DNA of 49,500 nucleotides, filler included, from Bipalium vagum (lineage: Eukaryota): the NCBI GenBank assembly GCA_037834085.1. It is 3 parts of 3 records of this genome, joined end to end, with 100 filler letters (N's around TTAATTAATTAA, not from the genome) between each part and the next. Parts side by side here need not be neighbours in the genome. Positions count along the whole stretch, not along the records: positions 33,701 to 49,500 come from JBBMKC010145148.1; 2 more parts are not named here. One strand, given 5' to 3'. Made by a program: the position numbers and the translations under genes. This document shows positions 41,101 to 49,500 of this stretch, in pieces (position 1 is the first letter of the stretch; each line of letters starts with the position of its first letter). Below the pieces are notes generated by a model, which was not told where the DNA came from, did not search any database, and saw only the letters and a program-made list of their open reading frames with translations.

Positions 41101-41589
41101 GTCCACGTCAACTTGTAACGAAGTAATTTTTTTGTTAATGAATATATTTTTGAATTGAATCTTCATTTGTAGAATTGAGTAATATCTTTTAGAAAAAAGA
41201 AAAATGGAAAAAGAAAATACAATTCTATATTAATAACGTTTTATCAATAAAAATAAAAAATTACTGAATATTCAACCTGAGATATTATATTATATTTTTT
41301 TCTTCCGAAATTAAAGTTTTTTATATAATGCATTTTTGAAAGAAAAATTTTCAAAAAATTCTCGTACAAAGAAAGAAAACATAAATATGTCTGAGATTGT
41401 AAGAATTAATAATTTTAAGGCCTCTTTTCACTGGTTCACACATTTTATGGTGTTTCTGGAATTGGAAAAATCTGCAAGAAGCAGGTTTCTTCACAGTCAC
41501 ACAAAAAATCCTTATTTTCACAAATTCACTATATGTCCACTATACGGTATTAAATAAAGTGTTGCTCAGAGTTAGAAGAACAGGACCGA

Positions 41590-42750
41590 GAATTAATCCT
41601 GACAAATGTCATCCATTTCAGAAAAAAAATAAATTCCTGGGTCACATACTAAATGAATTCAGTACACAAGTCGATCCAGCGACGACAAAAGCAATAAGAT
41701 AAGCATGTGGAAATCTTAAGAGTTTTAGGTCTTTCCAGTACTGCTTTCTAGGACTGTTTGTGAGACATGCTCAAAATACTTGATGAAACATGAAAATGTG
41801 ATGAACATAAAAAATAGAAGGTTAAATGGATTACAAATAGATCCTTATAAACGACCCGAAAAAATAAAAAAGTTCAGGAAAGGACCAAAAAACAGAAGAA
41901 GAAATGAGAATGTATTTCTATACAACCGTTTGGTTCATGCAGGTGCAGAGAAGATATTCCATTACGTGAAGACATTAATCGATTTCAAGTGTTAAAAGAG
42001 ATCGTGAATGAAGTTGTCAGTTCCTGCGAACAATGTCAGAGACCCACGGTTTTAATCCAAGCAACAAAAGAAAAACGGTTAACCTTAATGTCTCAGAAAT
42101 GTTTGAGAAAATTTAGTTTTATGTAGCTCTTTAAGAGAGACCAGCGGGAGCAAGAAATATATCATGGCAATAATAGACCAATTTAGTAAATATGTTTTGC
42201 TTTCAGTAATATGACCTCAGGATGAGACAACGATAAGAAAGATTTTAGAAAAATGAATATTAAGGATTGGTGAACCGATTGAAATTCATGAGGATTATGG
42301 TAAAATCTTCAGAAAGATTGATGAATATATTATTCTTCCTGTACCACCGCAACACAAACGCCGGAATCGAAAGACAATTCAAGTCAAAAGGCAACGAACT
42401 AATTTTAAGAGATTTTGCAAGAAGTAAAATTTGCAATCAACGCCAAGGTTCAAAAATGTACGGCAGGAAAATTCTCAGAGAAAAATGGATACCATGGGCA
42501 GACAGTGGAAACAGAGCTTGGAGGATTGAAATGACACAAGATGCACCTCAAGTCAAAACGACAAAAGCGTTTTCTGGTGGGAGACGCATTAATAAAAGCA
42601 GAGCACAAGAACAAGGAACACAATATATATACTGAACCATATTAAGTCATTAAAAAGATTCTAGACAGAAAATATGAATTGGAAGATCATTCAGGTAAAC
42701 TAATCGAGAGAAACGTGAAGGAAGAAATTTCTCAAAAAGCGAGGGGGAAT
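41590..42750 (+). mobile_element. Ty3/Gypsy LTR retrotransposon pol remnant
   Basis: KFLGHIL..VDP (RT end), VHAGAEK..VVSSCEQCQ (integrase HHCC), IDQFSKY, NAGIERQF, followed by a purine tract AAAAAGCGAGGGGGAA; many disruptions. Confidence 0.8.
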
Positions 42751-43704
42751 TAATTATACATAATTAAATCTAATTAGCGGTCATTTTTTTAAAATTTTGT
42801 AAATAAATAGACTTTGTAAAATTGAAAATGTTACAATTTTGTGTTAATGATTGAAGACCTAGAAGTTGCAGCATCTAATAATGTCCAAGTAATAAAAGTT
42901 CCACCCGAGGACTCGATTTAGCTATATAGGGTTTTGAGATTTAACTCAAACATTAAAAAAATTATTTGAAAGATTTATTTAAACATATACATGTCATAAA
43001 AATAAAAATAAAAGCTCAAAATAAAAGTAATGGAAGGTCTAGCTGGGATGTCTAACTGAACTAGCTGGAGTATATAAGATATCTAAAAATTGTGTTTCAG
43101 CCAAAAAAAGTCAGATAAATTTATTAGCACTTTTGGTCTTGGCTCGAATTCTTTTTGGTTTTTCCATTTTTTTATTCTGTACAATTTTAACTCCAAAATT
43201 TTTAAAAATACTTTTTCTTTAATATTTGATAATTTTTCCAAAATCCATTTCCAGATTTCTTCATATTTTGACTTAGAAAGTTTTCAAATTAATTTTTATA
43301 AATATAAGCTCAAATTTTGTTAAAATGTATATTAAAAAAAACTAACAAATATTTTAAAAATGGTTTTCATTCCATCAGATATGTTATTAGAACTGAAAGA
43401 TTGTTTTTGATATGAGACTATTTGGTAAGAATTATATACTTGAGTCGTAATATTCACTCCTCGTTTTAGCTAACAGTCTTATTTTTCAGGTGTTTCCTAA
43501 ACAGGCAATTCCATAGCAACCATCAGTTATAAAGGGCAGCTGCACAATCCAGATCCCAGTAGCCAGCTTTGAATCATTGTTTCTACTGGCATTATTAATT
43601 GATGACTACATTTTCATTTCAATTCATCATGTTTATTTCAAAAAATTAGGATGACAATTATATGTGATGTACCAAGCCCTGCACTCTAAGTATCAGATTG
43701 ATCA

Positions 43705-44553
43705 TGTTACGATATTAACTCACTATGAACCCTGTCGTAACACTTAGCTCCCAAAGTTACTGACCCATTCACTTAGCCTATACGTGTACGCACATGAATG
43801 AATCAAACAATTATGAACAACACTTTATTGCTAAAATAACAATAAAAAACAATAACAAAATGTTTCAAATAATCAATAAAATGTCTGCAATCAATCACAC
43901 TGAAAATCAACATCAAGAATAATAATCAATTAAATTAAAATCAAATAATTAAATACCAATATCAATTAAATGTCAGTAAAGAATAACTTAAAAAGAAAAA
44001 AACAAAATCACGATACTCTCACCACTTGTGACGACAGGTCCAAAGGGTGGTTTGCTGAGCCCAATTCGGTCCGCTCAGAAACCCCCTAACAGCACAGGAC
44101 CCGTCGTGAGCTCCTGTCGTAGAGAGAGCATAAAGAATGGTTATTGTTAACGGCTCCAACGTCTCGTATCGTAGAGTTCAGCTTCTTCCGACCTCTCGTA
44201 GAATTTTGTGGCAATCCACTACGGATTCCAACTCCTTGTATATCATTCTGATCACACGACTAATCAGTCGTAGATCAGTTTGATTAATGTTGAATGTCGA
44301 TTCCCTTTTTAGATCAATAATTCTAAATCGGTCCCTCCTTGTGGACCCTGATCTAATCTTGGCAATTTAGGTTCACCATTGTCAATATTAGATCCCTTAA
44401 AAATTATAATTAATTACCCTTTTTGTTTTAATGTGCTTTTTAATTAATTAATTATCATTTTATTATTATTATTTTAATTCTAACTCTTTTGCGGTCTTAA
44501 TAATCAATTTATAATAATGATCACTAATCTAGACTCTTTTACGATCTCTAACA
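43705..44553 (-). mobile_element. Candidate solo LTR
   Basis: TGTTA...TAACA ends, GC-richer core, AATAAA on - strand near 43825; no clear target-site duplication. Confidence 0.35.
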
Positions 44554-45539
44554 TATGCTTTTACAAGGATTTACAGAGATGTGTCCTTGGCTAATCCAAC
44601 AATCATATTGATCCCTTAATCGATCCTAGAGCTACTGGATTACCAACACCAATTTTTGAACCACGAGTTTCGAGGTTGTGTCTTCATATATGCACACCAC
44701 TGCCAAAATACTTTTCAGCAAGTAAATTAATTTAATCAATGGATTAAAAATTCGTTCTTAAAATATTTCATAAGAAAATTTTAATCATTTTTATTTTTAT
44801 ATTTAAAGATTATTAAAACATGAGTTCTCAAGATATACAAATGACTAATCATTATTGATTTTTTTTTCATATCAGATAAATTACTAAGATTAGAAATTTT
44901 CTGAATGAATTTTAGATGGGATGGTCAAAAAATCTTCCCAAATCTCTTATTTCTGTATGAAAAGAATTTCTCTTTCTAAACTACAAGAAAAGATGATTTT
45001 TAATACAAAATTTTGAATTTATTCAACGAATATTTTTGAAAAACCCAAGTAGAAACATATAAGAGTCAATAATAACTGTCACCTTTTATTTAAAATGAAA
45101 GTTTTAAAATTATATTTACAAATAAATTTTAAAAATAAAATTAATTTTGTCAATTAAACCTACAGCATAATTTGATCTGATAATTGAAAAATATCCATTT
45201 AAGTAATAATTGTCTTTATTATTGGTTTAATAAGATCCATTTAATTTTTTGTTTACAACTAATTAATTAGTTTTTCTTACATATCAAAATTTTAATTTTA
45301 AAATTATCTAAAAGTAAAGAGCACTAATTAATTAATTGATTCTAAATAATTATTTAATAATGACTGGTTTAAAATAATATTTCTTTTAATACATCAAAAT
45401 TAAACACTAAACAAATTAAAATATTTAATTTTAAGGTTATAATAATTTTAGTGCTTGCCATATATATACAGTAATATTACGCATAAATTTAATCCATAAA
45501 ATTAATCCGTAACATTTCTTAGATAAATATATATTCAAA

Positions 45540-48500
45540 ATGCCATATATTTCAACACGTACTGTTCGTACTATTAAATATTCTGGCGGTGGAACTCCTG
45601 AAGTGACGTCAACTACCACAACTATAAACGATGGTAAAACCATAACAACTACTACAAATGTTAGTTTATTTAAAATATAATTAATTTAATTGACTTTATT
45701 TTTTATTTAGGATAGTAATTCAGTTAATTTACCTGTCGGAGGTGGTAAATTTCAAACGCCTCGATCTACAATTTATAAACCAATGATAAAGGGAGATACT
45801 CCAAATATCCCAAACTCTCCTCAGCCCTCAGGCACGCATGCTAAAGATCCCGTACCTGAAGGTAGAGGAGGAAAAGCTACATCTCAGGATTTTAATAATG
45901 TAAAAGCCAGTCTTGGTGGAAAACTATTCGAAGATCCAGAATTTCCTCCTGTTAATGAAAGCCTGTATTACAGTCGCGCACCACCACGAAAATTCGAATG
46001 GAAAAGACCACATGTAAAACATATTGAATTTTTAATTTAAATTTCTTGGTTAAACAATTCCAATTAAATAATTTATGTAGATTTGTTTTACCTCAATTTC
46101 AATTTTTATTTTATTCCATTTTAATCAGTTACCCTTTTTTGGTAAAACAGGTTGAAAATTTTAAATCTTTCAAAACCTAGATACTTATTTTTTAAAGCCA
46201 GAGTCCAATATAAAATTTAATTTTCTCTTAACTTTTCGAAAAAATATTTCCAATTAATTTAGTCAATTAATTTTAAATAATTTTATTTAATTTCTGCTCA
46301 AAACAAATTGAACACATCCATTAAGTATCAAATTCAAATCTAAACATCCAAAGACTCGACTTGCATAACTTACACGGTGATTCATCTAAATGTGTGTGTG
46401 TGTATATTAGAAATTTGTGTGTTTTTTAGAGATTTGTGTGTACTTTTCTGCGAGCACCGTGTGTTAATTATGACTGAATTACTTTACTTCAATCCATATC
46501 AAATAGCGTAGAAAAAGAAATCCTGTTCCCTAAATGATATTGATTTTGAATTTTCAGTTTATGACTTTTCAGCTGTAGGAAGGAAAACTAGGAAATCCAT
46601 ATTCTATAGACATATTTCTTTTGTTATCCCATTAGTCTGGATAGAGTTTGAGGAATTGATTATATTTGCTATTATTTACAGGGTATAATTTCCATGACAT
46701 ACGAATCATATAATCATTTTATTACCGGGAGCAAATAGTTATATTCATTTTTTCAATAATTAAAGTTGACTTTTACTGTTTATTAATTTTAATTGGAAAA
46801 GTATCAATATTATTTATTTCTGAAAATTTATTCATTTTAATTAGTATAATAATAATATTATTATAACTTAAAATTATTTTTTTAAATAGTAAAAAATGTA
46901 ATTATCTTTATTATTATTCTTGTAAGAACATAAAAGACAAATTTTCTTCATTGTAGAAACTCATAAAAAAGCACTTCAATTTTATTGAAAAATTGATTAT
47001 CATTAATTAGTAATTAATTATTTTTAAATTTAAAGAAATATTATATCAATGTAACACATGTTTTGTGTGACAGTGAAATATTAATTTTATTAGAAATTTT
47101 TATCATATTAATAATTTGAAGTTTTTGGTGTCTGGTTGAAAGGTTTGTATAATTCAGGTCTTGATACTCATGTGTCACCATTGAAAAAAAACATTTGGTT
47201 AAGTACATAACCTTAACATTGAGTTTTATCGATTTTGTATTACTTTTGAAAGGAATATTTTATTTCATAAAACAATTATTTTTATATTTTGTGTTTAATT
47301 TTTTGAGTACAAAAATTAAATTTATAAAAATAAACAATCAATGATTTTTAAAGTTTTATCTTACTAACAAATACATTTTTTAATTTAAATTAATTTGATT
47401 ACAGTTTTCCATTATTATTATTTTATTATTATTTATAGTTTTTATAATTTAAATATTTCAAATAAAATTTTTTATTATCGATCAAGGTAGAAGAGTAATT
47501 TTGATTTGATCAGCACGATATTATTTATTGTTTATGATTCTAAATGAACATCCTTTTGGAGTTTTATTACTATTTTATTTCATTTTGTTGGCAGTCAATT
47601 AAATAATTAATGAATGATTTTTTCTCATGCTTTAAAAAATATTAAATTAATTATTTAAAATTCTTGAAATTTTTTTCAAATGTATATGTTTTCTAAATAA
47701 TTATCTTTGATAAAATTCACAAAAAAATAAATACTAAACTACTATACATATATAGTGAATAATCATTACTAAATATAAACCATTAAAGTAATTTTAAAAA
47801 ATATTTTTAAAAATATTAAAAATATTAATCATGTGTTTCTTAAATAAAATCTCATTGAGAAAAATAAAATTATTAATTATACTGTATCAATTATTTTAAA
47901 AATTAATTATTAATTATTACTAAAAATAAAAATAATTTAATAATTAACATATTAAATGTTAAATAAACAGTTCTAAAGAAATTAAAACATCTTGTTGGTA
48001 ATATTATTATTGTGAAATAAATTGAAAATTAGTCGGGGAATGTAGCTCAGCGGTCAGAGCAGTTCATGTGGTCCCGGGTTCGAATCCCGGTATCTCCGAT
48101 TAATTTTCAACTGACAATTATTATATTGGAAAAAAGACTGTTAATAAAAAGATTATTAAGTGAGAAATCAATAATTAAGCTTTGATCCATTTCAGAAGGA
48201 TCTCTTAAAATATGAAAAAAATCGATTCGACAAAAATAATTTAATCATTTTATTGAGTGAATCGATTTTTGAAAACTAAAGTATAAGAAAAAGTATCAAG
48301 ATTTTTCAATCATGAAAAAGAATTCAAGGTGAGAAAATCTATCGGTTGAAATTATAAATATTAATATTATTTATGCCCTAAAGTAATACTTTTTACATTT
48401 TTTTATTCAACTCACAAGTCTTGATTTTATTCTCAGCAATTGATCGTTACATTATAATAAATGATCAAAGAATTATCATTGATAAATCTTATCCATATTT

Positions 48501-49148
48501 ATGTGTTACACAATAATTATATTATAATATTTCACTTATGTTTTAGTATATTTTAAGTTTTATGGAAACTTTATATTATTTCAGAAGTAATTAAATTTAT
48601 TTATATTAAATTATATAAATATTTGAATAATAATTTCAACAATTTTGGTGATAGTATTTTTCCTGAAGATCTTTTAATTAATTGTTTTGCTAAGAAAATA
48701 GACAAAATTATTAAAAAGATAACTATTAAATTCTTTTATGATTAAATTTACGTATCAATTTAATCCATATAGGAAATATGCCCCAATCCCGAATTTATTA
48801 CTGACGGTGTCAGTCGATTCGATGTGAGACAAGGAGAACTAGGTCTATTGTTTATTTTTCAACCTCTGTTGATTATTTTTGGTCAATTTTAGGCGACTGT
48901 TGGTTGCTGGCAGCTGTGGCTTGTCTCAGTTTACATTCGGAGATCTTTACACAGGTCGTTCCACAAGATCAGGCATTTTCAAAACCTGATTATTGTGGTA
49001 TGTTTAGATTTCGGTTTTGGAGGTTCGGAGCTTGGAAAGAGGTGTTGATCGATGACCGATTACCAACATATAAAAGCAATTTGGTATTTATGCATTCGAC
49101 TTCGAAAAGGGAGTTCTGGTCTGCTTTGTTGGAAAAAGCATATGCAAA
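45540..49148 (+). CDS. Calpain (CysPc cysteine protease), 5' partial; continues beyond window
   Basis: In-frame GT-AG exons 45540-45659, 45711-46013, 48773-48842, 48893-49148 give LFEDPEFPP..WKRPHEICPNPEFI..DVRQGELGDCWLLAAVA..IDDRLP..EFWSALLEKAYAK (catalytic Cys present). Confidence 0.95.
48035..48098 (+). pseudogene. tRNA-Ala-like element lacking the anticodon arm (in calpain intron 2)
   Basis: GGGGAATGTAGCTCAGCGGTCAGAGC (A box/D arm), CCGGGTTCGAATCCCGG (B box/T arm), G3.U70 pair, TTTT at 48104-48107; only ~13 nt between D and T arms. Confidence 0.75.
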
Positions 49149-49500
49149 GTAAGTACAAAGTATTTATTGATATAGCAAGATTTCTATTTTCCATTTATTT
49201 TAACAATACACATTGATCAAATTGCTTTTCTTTTGTCAACATTTTACAGAATAAAAAATTTTGATGATCTAATCCAAGATATGCACTGCCTACACTTAAT
49301 ATATTGATTATTTTATAATAGATAGTTGGAAATTATAAATTTTAAGTGTTTGAAGAATTACATTTCCACTTCCTCAGTTGTATTATCATAACAAATTTCA
49401 AATGCCATGCTTATAATCGAGAAATAAAAATAAAAGAGAAAAAATATAATCGAGAAAAAAATAGTAATAATAATAAAAAAAATTAAAATAAAATAAATAA

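Overview
Very AT-rich eukaryotic (invertebrate animal) scaffold with three assembly gaps. Supported genes: (1) a convergent (tail-to-tail) pair of intronless paralogs (4520-6536 +, 10695-11843 -) that I cannot assign to a known family. They encode secreted proteins with a 9-Cys helical N-terminal domain (C-x10-C ladder), a His/Asn/Asp-rich linker, hierarchical Phe/Lys/Asp/Tyr/Trp tandem repeats and a conserved tail, and they share promoter and 3'UTR motifs. They are a candidate structural/biomaterial protein family and the main novelty here. (2) The 5' seven exons of a Nanchung-type TRPV channel (39359->34392, -); I could not find its transmembrane exons in the window. (3) The first four exons of a calpain (45540->49148, +). 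The rest is a dense graveyard of decayed transposons: many mariner remnants, a DD41D element nested in a mariner, an IS630/Tc1-like DD34E element with intact TIRs, hAT, Gypsy, LINE and MITE remnants. There are also two strong hairpins (529-609, 9573-9783) and an anticodon-less tRNA-Ala-like element with an extended acceptor stem (48022-48110). Family calls rest on remembered motifs; no database search was run.
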